A stretch of 64,000 bases of DNA from Eledone cirrhosa (Eukaryota). Numbering within the stretch: the stretch's first letter is position 1; each line of letters starts with the position of its first letter. The stretch spans positions 39,618,001-39,682,000 of the forward strand of contig OZ024753.1 of the NCBI GenBank assembly GCA_964016885.1, in the 5' to 3' direction. Below, piece after piece: positions 27,977 to 41,198 of this stretch. Below the pieces are notes generated by a model that was not told the DNA's origin, made no database searches, and worked only from the letters and a program-made list of their open reading frames with translations. Made by a program: the position numbers and the translations under genes.

Positions 27977-28005
27977 TATGGAAACTATATTTATAAAACC
28001 ATATT

Positions 28006-28071
28006 TATTTTATTATACATATTTCAAGGGCAACCAAGGCAAATTATGGTGCGCTTACATCAGATAAAATA
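28006..28071 (-). ncRNA. Hammerhead motif with core mutation (CTGATGT)
   Basis: Same family as 695-760, but the core A9 is replaced by T, so it is probably inactive. Confidence 0.55.
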
Positions 28072-28332
28072 CAGATTTGTTTTATAAATAAATATTGACA
28101 TACTCGGAAAAAAAAAAGACAACCTTAATGGTTGGAGCTTCCTGGATAGGAATTCCAACAAATTAAATATAACCTCTGCATATATATATATATATATATA
28201 TACAAAAGTTCTATTTAAATTGTTGGGATACAACAAGCAAATATTTTTATAACTGATATAAAGCACTCAACAAGTATTTGGAGTAAACATACGATATTAA
28301 ACAAATGGAAACTATATTTATAAAACCATATT

Positions 28333-28397
28333 TATTTTATTATACATATTTCAAGGACACCAAGTTAAATTATGGTGTGCTTTCATCAGACAAAATA
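28333..28397 (-). ncRNA. Minimal hammerhead ribozyme motif (subfamily 2)
   Basis: TATTTTGT-CTGATGA-AAGCACACCA...TGGTGTCCTT-GAAA-TATGTATA-ATAAAATA. Confidence 0.75.
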
Positions 28398-28551
28398 CAA
28401 TATAGATCAGTTTTATAAATAAATATTGACGTACCCTTAAAAAATGCAACCATTACTGTTGGAAGCTCCTGGATAGTCAGGAGCTTCAAACAGAAATGGT
28501 TGCATTTTTTAAGGGTATGTCAATATTTATTTATAAAACTGATCTATATTT

Positions 28552-28615
28552 TATTTGTCTGATGAAAGCACACCATAATTTAACATGGTGTCCTTGAAAT
28601 ATGTATAATAAAATA
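28552..28615 (+). ncRNA. Minimal hammerhead ribozyme motif (subfamily 2, sense to UTP11)
   Basis: TATTTGT-CTGATGA-AAGCACACCAT(AATTTAAC)ATGGTGTCCTT-GAAA-TATGTATA-ATAAAATA. It is the right arm of the 28290-28660 palindrome. Confidence 0.73.
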
Positions 28616-28655
28616 AATATGGTCTTATAAATATAGTTTCCATTTGTTTAATATC

Positions 28656-28701
<46 letters not shown>

Positions 28702-29606
28702 GATATGTATTAATTATATATATATGTACTCAGTAATAGAGAAGACCCGCCTTACCTAAATACAAAGTAAAACCTACTACAGTCAGTAGGCATCTCTAAC
28801 AAAATACACCCCCGTCCCACCACCCCCACCCCATCCACACCGCCCCCTTCTATGTAAAGTTATGTTGGTGCCACACCATCCAGGCCGAAACAAATGAGAT
28901 CGTGACAAAAAAACACACAGTCCACGCTGTAATGTGGCCGTGTAGGCAACACGGTAAAAACCTCCCAGACCCACACTGTAAATGTGGTTGGTGTTAGGAA
29001 GGGCATCCAACTGTAGAAAACCTGCCAGATAGTCCTATGCGAGCAAGACAATCACTCTTGCCTCAAGTGGGAATACCCCCGTCCAAACCCATGCAAGCGT
29101 GGAACACGGACGTTAAACGTTGATGATGATGATGATGATGATATATATATATATATATATTTGACCTCAGTAGGATTTGAACACAGAACACAGAAACCTA
29201 AATTAATACTTCAAAATATTATATCTGATGTTCTAATAACTCTGCCAAGGCACCACCTCTACACTGGTGATGGTGATGATGATGATGATGATGATAAATC
29301 ACAGCTATATAACTATATGTAGTAATTTAGCCAACAATCTCATCTCAAGTATTCTAGAGTTGGTTGATTGAGTTAAAAGAAACATCTTCAATTTGGTCTT
29401 TGTTTGCACACAGGACACCCCACCTCACCGCCACTACCACACCTCACCACCACGCCACACCACCATGCCACACCATACGCCACACTGCACCTCCCGCCAT
29501 TCAATCTTGTCTCTTTCTTCTAATAGCAATCCTTCACTTTCCTTTCCATTGTCTTCAACTTACTGTCTACCTCTCTCTCTCTCTCTATTCTCCATCTCTT
29601 CCCTCT

Positions 29607-29648
<42 letters not shown>

Positions 29649-30149
29649 CTCATCTCTCTCTCTCTCTCTCTCTTCCCTCATCTCTTCCCTCTCCCCTCTC
29701 TTCCCTCTCCCCTCTCTCTCTCTTCTACATGTCTTCCCTCTCCCTTCTCTCTCTCTCTCCCCCCATCTCTTCCCTCTCTCCTCTCTCTCTCTCTTCCCCC
29801 ATCTCTCTCTCCTTCTCTCCTTCCATCCCTCACTTTCTTCACCTCTTCCCTTCTCTCCCTCCATCTCTCTCTTCCATCCACCTCTTCCCTTCTCTCCTTC
29901 CATCCCTCCCTCTCTCTCTCTCTCTCGCTCTCGTCCTCCGCCTCTCTCCCACCTCCCTCCCTCCTCTCTCTCTCTCTCCCCTGCCAGCCGTGCTCCATCT
30001 ACAGCTGTGCTAGAGATTGATCTGCCACCTCCACTACATCATCCACCTCCACCCTCAATTGTCAGTGACATGGTCCAATTGTGGTAGGTCCTAGCACTGT
30101 GACTGGCTCTGGCTTGTGTGTATGGGGCAGGGGTGTGACAGTGTTCATG

Positions 30150-31190
30150 GTGGTGGTGGTGGTGGTGGTGGTGGTAGTGGTGGTGGTGGTGGTATTTGTA
30201 GTAGTATTTCGGTATACAGTGGTAGTGGTAGCTGGTTGTTTGCTATGTAGCAATAACAATGGTGGTGTTGGTGGTATTAATGGTAGTGGTGGTGGTGGTG
30301 GTGGTGGTGGTGGTAATGGTGGTGGTGTTGTAGTAAGACAAATATAGTAATAACAGTGGCACAGGTTGTAGGCATGGAGTGGTTAGGGTGGTGCTGGGGT
30401 GACCATAGTAATGGTGATAGTGGTGGTGGTGGTGGTGGTGGTGGTGGTGGCCGGCAGCAGTGAGGATGATGGTGGTGATGGTGGTAGTGGTGGAGGAGGT
30501 GATGATGATGATGATGATGCTGGTGGCGGTGATAGTGGTAGTGGTGGAGGTAGTGATGATAATGATGCTGGTGGCAGTGGTGATGGTGGCGGTAGTAGTA
30601 GTGGTGGTGATGGTGGTGGTAGTAGTGGTTGGTGGTGATGGTGGCAGTAGTAGTAGTAGTGGTGGTGATGGTGGCGGTAGTAGTAGTGGTGGTGATGGTG
30701 GCGGTAGTAGTAGTGGTGGTGATGGTGGCGGTAGTAGTAGTGGTGGTGTTGGTGGCGGTAGTAATGGTGGTGATGGTGGCAGTAGTAGTAGTGGTGGTGA
30801 TGGTGGCAGTAGTAGTAGTGGTGGTGATGGTGGCGGTAGTAGTAGTGCTGGTGATGGTGGCGGTAGTAGTGGTTGGTGGTGACGGTGGCGGTAGTAGTAG
30901 TGGTGGTGATGGTGGCGGTAGTAGTGGTTGGTGGTGATGGTGGCGGTAGTAGTAGTGGTGGTGATGGTGGCGGTAGTAGTAGTGGTGGTGATGGTGGCGG
31001 TAGTAGTAGTGGTGGTGATGGTGGCAGTAGTAGTAGTGGTGGTGATGGTGGCAGTAGTAGTAGTGGTGGTGATGGTGGCGGTAGTAGTAGTGGTGGTGAT
31101 GGTGGCGGTAGTAGTAGTGGTGGTGATGGTGGCGGTAGTAGTGGTGGTGGTGATGATGGCAGTAGTAGTGATGGTGGTGATGGTGGGTTA
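30150..31190. repeat. (GGT/AGT/GAT)n trinucleotide-derived minisatellite with 27-bp unit
   Basis: GGTGGTGATGGTGGCGGTAGTAGTAGT repeated. Similar tracts occur at 7620-8100, 20660-21370, 39550-40310 and 50200-50870. Confidence 0.9.
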
Positions 31191-32331
31191 TATTCATAGC
31201 TTTTCTTCTCTTTCTCTCATTCTTTCATATAACCCCAGCCCCACCCCCGTACCCCTACCCCCACCACTACCAATGTCTGTCTGTCTGTGTGTCATCTTGT
31301 TAGTGTTGCTATCACAGGCCCTGTTTTGTCATATTGCAGTGTTTTTCTCATTTACTACCGAAGAAGACACCAAGACACCGTTGTAATAAATTGCAGGTGA
31401 CAGAGGTTCTGTGTTGAATCAACACCAACCATTGGACAACAGCTGGCTCTCTCTGATCACAGCACCCCCTCCCACCCACGGGATATAACTATTGTTAGCT
31501 GAGATCAGTCCCATGGGATGATGTTGTTGTTGTTGTTGTAAATCTCATTGGATCGAAGGAGATTGAGATTGAATGAAGACTGGTCAAAAATCTTGAAACA
31601 AGGAGTTCCTTTTTAAAAGAGATGATATGGTGTGGTGTAGTGTAGTGTTGTGTGGTGTAGTGTGGTGTAGTGTGGTATGGTGTTGTGTTTGTATGGTGTA
31701 GTGTGGTGTAGTATAGTGTGTTCTTCCTCGGACAGAGGTGGTTGGAGTGTGTGGTGTAGTGTGGTGTGATGTGGTGTGGTATGGCATGGTTTAGTCTGGT
31801 ATAGTGTGTTCTTCCTTGGAGAGAGGTGGTTTGTGTAGTGTAGCGTGGTGAGGTGTAGTGTGTTCTTCCTCGGAGAGAGGTGGTTGGTGTGTGTGGTGTA
31901 ATCTTCATTGGAGAGAGCTGGTTGGTGGTGTGATGTGCTGTGTTCTTTCTTGCAAAGAGTTTGAGTTTGGTGGTGTGGTGTGTTGGGATGTGGTATGCTG
32001 TGGTGTGTACTTTCTTGAAGAGAGATCGATTGTATAGTGTGATATGATGTGGTGTAGTGTGGTGTGGTGCAGTAGGGTGACATGATATAGCAAGTAAAAT
32101 GTAAGTGTGAAGGGAGATTGCTGGTCAATAATTCAACTATCACGGAGTGTCCAGTAAAACAACTTGACCAAAGTCTTGGTCAACGTACAGCTATTGACTT
32201 GACAAACATAAACAGCTTGCTCAGCTTTGTTAAGATCTTTACGCGACCGACTGACTGAGAAAATAAAATAAAACCCCACTAATTAAACATTTCTTTTCCT
32301 TATTGATATCACTTCTTCATTATAAAGTGTC

Positions 32332-32570
32332 CATATTCAGGAAAAAATTAATTAGGTGTTGGTAGATAGAATCTTGCAGAAGCCTGTGTTTTATTTATGT
32401 TAATATTCCTGCATATTCAGGCAAAAATTAGTTAGGTGTTTGTTGGTAGAGAGAATCTTGCAGAAGCCTGTTTTATTTATGTTAATATTCCTGCATATTC
32501 AGGCAAAAATTAGTTAGGTGTTGGTAGAGAGAATCTTGCAGAAGCCTGTGTTTTATTTATGTTAATATTT
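32332..32570. repeat. About 80-bp tandem repeat, 3 copies
   Basis: CATATTCAGG...GAATCTTGCAGAAGCCTG at 32332, 32412 and 32494. Confidence 0.9.
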
Positions 32571-34194
32571 TTGCCCATGTCTGTGTTTATGTCACATAAA
32601 TTAGTGTTTTGACAACACTGTAATGGATTGCTTTCCTTTTGTTTTTATTTTTCGTTTGAATTAATGTATTTATCATCATTTTTACGTCTGCTTTTCCGTG
32701 CTTGCATGGGTTGGATAAATAAACATTCTATCATAATTTTAAGAAATTTTGTTATTTTCCAGTCCAGATAAATATAAAAAAAGTTTGTTGTGTTGCTAGA
32801 TAGCTCCAAATTCTTGATTATTTTGAAAATTATTTGAAAATAGTTTGAAAACCATTGGCATTATCTGTCATTAAAAAATATGTTAAGAAAAGGGTTAAAC
32901 AGAACAGGAAGATGGTAATACGATCAGGCTTTTTGCTGTCCCCTCAATCTAGCCCCATTGGTTAAAGCTGCAGTATGAAGCCAGCTACAGCCAAGCTGTG
33001 TTTAATGATCTCATTGTGTTGGCCATGTTTATGGGGGTGGCATGTGGTGACTTGCGCCAAGGCAGCATGGCAGTGGCTGAAGAATCTCTTTATAAAAACA
33101 AGTACGAACACCTCAATGATCGTCACAGCTAATAAACTTAAGGTGGAGGTGGAGGTGATGGAGTTGATGTGGGTATTGGAGGTTAAGAGGGGTGGCTAGG
33201 TGGTGGATGTCTTTTGAAATATAGATTCTATATTGTTGTCTAGATTAATTGGAACTACTACTAGCCTTTTCCAATCACTATAATTACCGCCAATATCTTA
33301 TTGTCAAATTTTTCCACATCCAGTCCTCTTAAAACGGATTTCTTCTTTAATCAGCTTGGAATTCAAAGACTTTGGCTTCTCTTAATGTTTACATGCGTGA
33401 GTGTATATGTGTACATATATGTGCTTATGAGTCTGTATATGTATATGTTTATTTATGTGTATGTTTGTGAGTCTGTGTGTGTTGTGTCAAGATGGTTTTC
33501 CCAAATATTCTACATGTATGCTTATATTTTGTTGCATCAACTGCAGTTAAAAAAATAAAAAAAAAGCAAGAAGAAAGAACATCATCAGAAACAACAACAA
33601 CAATAACAACAATGTTTCTTGCCTATAATGAATTCAATTTGATGTAGATTGAAGAGAGAATCTCTTACTTTTCTACTTCTTTATTTTATATTCATTTCCT
33701 TTTATGCTTTTATTATCAACATCATCAACATCATTATTATTATTATTATTATTATTATTGTTGTTGTTGTTGTTATTATTATATATTTATTACCATTATC
33801 ATTATTTATTTATTATCACTATTATTATTATTGTTGTTATTACTGTCCTTCTTGATTTTTACTGAATATTGTGCATCTTTTAAAGTTTCTAAAATTTCAG
33901 TTTTGTTTTTCTTTGTGTGATTTTTCATTTAAAAATTTTAATTTTAATTTTTTCTTTTTAAATTCTATTTGTTTATTCTTTTTATAATTCATAAACTTCT
34001 CGGTTCTCTCATTTTCGTTTTCAATCATGTATCATTGAATTTTAAAGTTTCCTCCTCTCATTATATTATTCACTGCAAACAAAGACACACATATTCATAT
34101 ATATATGTGTGTGTATATAGATATATATATATACACATGTGTGTATGTATATTTATATGTATATGTATATATATATATGTATATATATATGTTA

Positions 34195-34233
<39 letters not shown>

Positions 34234-35129
34234 ATATATGTGTGTGTATAATGTTTATGTGCATATATATATATATATATACACACACACATGCATACTG
34301 CACACATACAACATACATACATATACGCATATACACTTTCTCACACTCACTCACACATCTAAGATCTAGACTTGGTATTAAACTTTACAAATAAAATGAA
34401 CTTCTTGTAGAGTATAGAATATAAACAAACTATTGATCATTATTATTTATATTGTTTTTGGAGGGGTCTTTTCTTACTTTTTTTTTTGCCTTTTAATTTG
34501 CCAAGATCTGTTTATGCTTTTCTTGTTGTGGTTGTTCTTGTTGTTGTTTCATCTATTTTTAATGATACTTCTAGTTGTTATCTAATTTTGTACAGGAAAC
34601 TCTTCAAACACGCGTCTTTAGGTTTTTATTACCATTATTAATAATTTCTCTGCTTGTGAATCTGTCGAAAACTAAAACTAATGTTTCTGAAAATGTTGAG
34701 GAAAACACACAGACAAATGCACACTAATATACACACACAGATACACCAACACACACACACACAGACAAATGCAGACCAACATACACACACAAACACACAG
34801 ACAAATGCACACCAACATACATACACAGACACACCAACTTACAAACACACAGACAAATGTACACCAACATACACGCACACACACACACAAACACACCAAC
34901 TTACAAACACAGAGACAAATACACACCAACATACACACACCAACACACAAGCACAGAAACACACCAACACACAAACACACTAACACCAACACACAAACAG
35001 ACTAACACACCACCATACTCACAAACCACCACACAAACACACCAACAGAAAAACAGATATAAACAAACAATGCAATCTAAAAGATTTGGAGGGGGAGAAA
35101 TGTTCTCTTTCTTCTCTCTCTCTCTCTCC

Positions 35130-35162
<33 letters not shown>

Positions 35163-35439
35163 CAGTGCACTCACTGTAAATGAGGTTGGTGTTAGGAAGG
35201 GCATCCAGCTGTAGAAACCAAGCCAAAATCTGTTCCTGTATGAGCAAGGCATGGTCAGCCGACCAGACACTGCCCACAACAGGACAACCCGTCTAACCCA
35301 TGCTAGCATGGAAGAACGGACGTAAAACAGTGATGATGATGATGATGATGATGATATCTTTATCACTCTCTTCTTTTTATCATTCTCTCTCTCACCAAAT
35401 TTGAAGTAGTCTTGATAATCATTTTGATTATTTCCACAT

Positions 35440-36540
35440 TCGGCACAAGGCCAGCAATTTTGAAGAGAAGCGGTAGGGGAAAGTCAATTAAATCGAACCC
35501 CAGTATATTACTGGTACTTTATCTTATCGACCCTGTAAGGATGAAAATGAAAGCTAGCCATGTCAGTATTTGAACTCAGAATGTAAATCACCATAACTTT
35601 ATGACACAAAGCTCGTTATCTGACTCTCTACCAATACGGTCAGTCCCCCACCCTAATAATACTAACAATGGTTTCTGATTTAAGCACAAGGCCAACAAAT
35701 TTGGGGGTAGGGGAAAGTCGATTAAATCGAACCCAGTACTGATGCTTTATCACATCCCGAGGCATGCAGAACTATGCTCAGTGATGTGATAATGCACAAA
35801 AAAATAATGATATTGATGATAATAATTGTTTCTACTTTTGGCACAAGGCCAGCAATTACCCAGTGCATTACTGGTACTTTATTTTATCGACCCTGTAAGG
35901 ATGAAAGGCAAAGTTAACTTCATGGGGCCGTAACTCTATGCTGCAAAGCATGGCATCCGACCCTCTACCGATACTGCCAAACCACCGCCCTTAATGATAG
36001 CAATAATTGTTTCTACGTTTGGCACAAGGCCAGCAATTATCTCAGTGCATTACTGGTACTTTATTTTATCAACCTCGTAAGGATGAAAGGCAAAGTTAAC
36101 TTCATGGGGCCGTAACTCTATGCTGCAAAGCATGGCATCCGACCCTCTACCGATACTGCCAAACCACCGCCCTTAATGATAGTAATAATTGTTTCTACTT
36201 TAGGCACAAGGCCAGCAATTACCCAGTGCATTACTGGTACTTTATTTTATCGACCCCGTAAGGATGAAAGGCAAAGTCAACCTCGGCAGGATTTGAACTC
36301 AGACTGTAAAGGGACGTAACTGTGCTAGAAAGCATGGTGTCCGACCCTCTAGGCACAAAGCCAGCAATTTTGGGGGGGAGGGGAAAGTCGATTAAATCAG
36401 CCCCAGTGTGTGACTGGTACTTTATTTTATCAACCCCGTAAAGATGAAAGGCGAAGTTAGCCTTGGCAGGATTTGAACTCAGATCATAAAGGGCCGTAAC
36501 TCTAAGCTTGGCATCGAACCCTCTACCGATACTGCCAATG
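35440..36540 (-). mobile_element. Head-to-tail cluster of family A SINEs
   Basis: Six or more same-orientation copies. Two adjacent ~182-bp copies (35820-36180) share the same deletion of the B-box region. Confidence 0.85.
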
Positions 36541-37106
36541 ATAATAAATGACAACAGCAACAACAACAACTAAAAGACAGTATTAAAAGAAAAGGAAACA
36601 CATGTTGATCTTGAAAGGAATAAGTAGAATAATGTATACGTATATGACATACAGAGTTATCCACCTTTTTACTTGCCTCTTCAGCATTCAACAACAATAG
36701 TTTCATAACTTTTTGAAAATTTTATATTTAATAAGCTATTTCTTGTATTTTTATTGTTTTGGGGTGGGGTGGAGTACTGGTGTGGTGTTGGTGGTTGGTG
36801 GAGTGTTGAGCGGTAGGGGTAATTTTATTAAAATAAATTTGTATTAAGTATTCTTCTGAAATTCTCTTGCAAATTTTCTGCTCCTTCAGATGTTAATGCT
36901 ATATAAGGTGGTGTATATATATTTTATTTTCTGTTCTATATTATCATGCTAGAACAAGTTGATTAGGATTGGGTTGGGTTGGGTTGGGGTGGGCTGGGCT
37001 AGGCTGGGATGGGTTGGTGAAGTGTGGGACAGGGTGGGTTGAGCTTGGAAAGTCTGAAAGTAAGAATGTTCATGTAAATTCTAACAAAAGGAGATATATA
37101 CATGTT

Positions 37107-37143
<37 letters not shown>

Positions 37144-37223
37144 CTAGTATATCTTAATATATATATATATGTATATGCTGTTATTACTACTTCTATCAAC
37201 ACCACCACCACTGCTATTACTGC

Positions 37224-37255
<32 letters not shown>

Positions 37256-37873
37256 ATACTACCACTACTATTGCTACTACTACTACATTATATATATATA
37301 TATAATACAAAATATAGATTTCTATAATAATATCTATAAACACAATGTTGTCTGTCTGTCTGTCTGTCTGTGTGTCTTTAAACTTATGTCCTGCTAATAA
37401 ATAGCATCAGTGAAATAAGGTTGTAATTCACTCAGTTAATTGGTCATTGCTTTTTTACCATTTCCCAACAAGAAAAGGAAATGGTCTCTAATTCTCTAAA
37501 GAGTTCTATGGTATTAATAACACTGCCATCAACACCAACACCACCAACAACACTACCATCGCCACCACCAACAACACAACCACCAACAACACCGACAACA
37601 CTCCCAACATCAGCCTTCACAACCAACACCAACACCACCTTCAACACCGCCATCATATATTTTCTAGTGGTCAGTTCCCTGCACTGGGGAAAAAAATGGT
37701 TCTACATATTTTTTTAGGGATTTTTTTTTCTTTTTTTGTGGTTTACTGCCTGTGTTTTGTTTATATTTGTTCGTTTAACCCTTTTATTATTTGTGGGGGT
37801 CTCTGCCCTGGTAAAAAGTGTTCGGGAATGAAATGAACAAAAAACATTAATAAAAATCATAAACAAATATATG

Positions 37874-37951
<78 letters not shown>

Positions 37952-38124
37952 TATGTGTATATATATATATATATATACATATGTGTATATATATGGTAGC
38001 AGGGAATACAGACTTTGAATGAGGCTTATGATGACAGACATATGCATACATACTCACATGAACCAACAAATCATACACACACACACACTCACACACACAC
38101 ACTCACACACACACACTCACACAT

Positions 38125-38163
<39 letters not shown>

Positions 38164-38323
38164 GAAGGTCTATTTAAATTGTTGGGATACAACAAGCAAA
38201 TATTTTTATAACTGATATAAAGCACTCAACAAATTATTGGAGTAAACTTGGTGTCTTTGAAATATGTATAATGAAATAAATATGGTTTTATAAATATAGT
38301 TTCCATTTGTTAATATATCGTAT

Positions 38324-38357
<34 letters not shown>

Positions 38358-39121
38358 ATACATATACATATATATGTTAGGAAGGGCATCCAACTGTAGA
38401 AAACCTGCCAGACAGTCCTATGCGAGCAAGACAATCACTCTTGCCTCAAGTGGGACTACCCCCGTCCAAACCCATGCAAGCGTGGAACACGGACGTTAAA
38501 CGTTGATGATGATGATGATGATGATGATGATTGATGATATATATATGTGTGTGTGTGTGTATGTATTTGTGTACCAGTGCCTGCCTTTGTGTAAAAGCCG
38601 ATAGCTGTTGTTTTGTTACTTGTGAGGTTAGATGCTCTTGTATTTAAGTAAGAAGTCATTTAGCCAATTATATATATTACTATATATAGCTCTTGTTATT
38701 TTTACAATGAACATTGTATTGTGTATTTGTATTATTAAGAGTTAAGTTCATTTTCAACAGCATCTCTTTCCATCTTCATTGCCATTATTGGCTACAGAAT
38801 ACTGAAACATCTCGTTTTTTAGCTCATTATCGTAATGGCTGCTAGACCATAGAACAGTGTCTGCTACTGACCCAAGTCGCATTTTCCAGCTCCCTTATTC
38901 CCTAGATTAGCTGGACAGAAAAGGACAGATCTGCTATTAATAATAATAACAAGAATTTGACACGAGGAACTGACAAAAACATCAGGGAAACATATTTATA
39001 TATATATGTGTGTATATATGTGTGTATATATATATATATGTGTGTGTATATATATATGTGTGTGTGTGTATATAAAGGCCATCACATTATATATATATAT
39101 GTGTGTGTATATAAAGGCCAT

Positions 39122-39170
<49 letters not shown>

Positions 39171-39210
39171 ATATATATATGTGTGTGTGTATATATAAAG
39201 GCCATCACAT

Positions 39211-39243
<33 letters not shown>

Positions 39244-39259
39244 ATAAAGGCCATCACAT

Positions 39260-39290
<31 letters not shown>

Positions 39291-39394
39291 ATAAAGGCCA
39301 TCATATTATATATATATATGTGTGTGTGTGTGTATAAAGGCCATCACATTATATATATATATATGTGTGTGTGTGTGTATAAAGGCCATCACAT

Positions 39395-39425
<31 letters not shown>

Positions 39426-40403
39426 ATAAAGGCCATCATATTATATATATATATGTGTGTGAGTGTGTGTGAGTGTGTGTGTCTATAAATGCCAGGGTTT
39501 CTGCTGTTCGTTGTTCAACTCCCCTGATGAAGGTTGAGTCCAGTCGCCATCTCACCACCACCACTACTACTACTACCACTACTACTACTACCACCACTAC
39601 TAACACCACCACTACCACCAATATCTCCACTACTACCAACACTACTGCCACCTCCACTACTACCAACACCAACACCTCCACTACTACCACTACTAACACC
39701 ACCACTACTACCACCACCACCTCCACTACTACACCACCACCATCACCTCCACTACTACCACCATCACCACCACTACTACCACCACCACCACCACTACTAC
39801 TACCACCACCACTACCACCACCACCACTACTACACCACCACCTCCACCACCACCATCACCTCCACTACCAACACCTCCACTACCACCAACACTACTACCA
39901 CCATCACCACCACTACTACTACCACCAACACCACTACCACCACCACTACACCACCACCATCACCTCCACTACCACCAGCACTACTACCACCATCACCACC
40001 ACTACTACTACCACCAACACCACTACCACCACCACTACACCACCACCATCACCTCCACTACCACCAGCATTACTACCACCATCACCACCACTACTACTAC
40101 TACCACTACCACCAGCACCACTACCACCATCACCTCCACCACCACCACCACTACTACCACCATCACCACCACTACTACCACCACCACCAACACTACCACT
40201 ACTACCACCACCTCCACCACCACCAACACCACCAGTACTACCACCACCTCCACCACCACCAACACCTCCACTACCGCTACTACCACCACCAACACCTCCA
40301 CCACCATCACCTCTAACTTTTTCTACAAATTCAATAGCCACCCTCACCCCTGCAACCCATCATCACTACATCACCTATATAGGTCTGTCCATCTCCTCCC
40401 TCC

Positions 40404-40500
<97 letters not shown>

Positions 40501-41198
40501 GTTATACAGCATCATCAGAAATGTCCAATTATATTCTGCCAAAGTTATTTAGTCTTAGATTATATCATCATCTACTCTAACTTATCTATACAACCAACAG
40601 CAAACAACTAATACTGATAGTATGTCTGTGTGTGGGTGTATGTCTGTGTGTGGGGGTGTATGTCTGTGTGGGGGTGTGGGGGGGGTGTCTGTGTGGGGGT
40701 GTATGTCTGTGTGGGAGTGTATGTCTGTGTGGGGGTGTATGTCTGTGTGGGGGTGTATGTCTGTGTGGGGGTGTATGTCTGTGTGGGGGTGTATGTCTGT
40801 GTGTGGGTGTATGTCTGTGTGTGGGTGTATGTGTGTGGGTGTGTTTCTGTGTGTGTGTCGATGCATGTAGTAGTGGCTTGTGTGTCTGTGTGTTGATGCA
40901 TGTTCTCTTGGCTCGTATGTGTGTTTCTTTGTGTGTGTGTGTGTGTATATGTGTCTTTCTCTGTGTGTGTGTGTGTGTATATGTGTCTTTCTGTGTGTGT
41001 ATGTGTTCTCTTGACTTGTGTGCCATTGGATTTTACTTAAAAATAGATGATTTTATTTCATTATCTTTCATATCAAATATATATATATATATAATATTCA
41101 CCGTCTAACCCATGCTAGCGTGGAAGATGGACATTAAGTATTGATGATGATACACAATTTCTTATATATTTGTATGTGCATGGTGTGTATATATATAT

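Noticed and set aside
32990-33014. bantam-like TGAGATCATT on the minus strand
   Set aside because: There is no pairing 5' arm, so this is at most a seed match.
39520-39540. CTGATGA motif (also CTGACGA at ~43471)
   Set aside because: There is no matching stem II and GAAA, so it is not a hammerhead.
39473-40552. Pro/Thr/His-rich mucin- or extensin-like ORFs (also 20532-21380 and 30277-31197)
   Set aside because: These are trinucleotide-repeat tracts open in multiple frames, with no splice or domain support.
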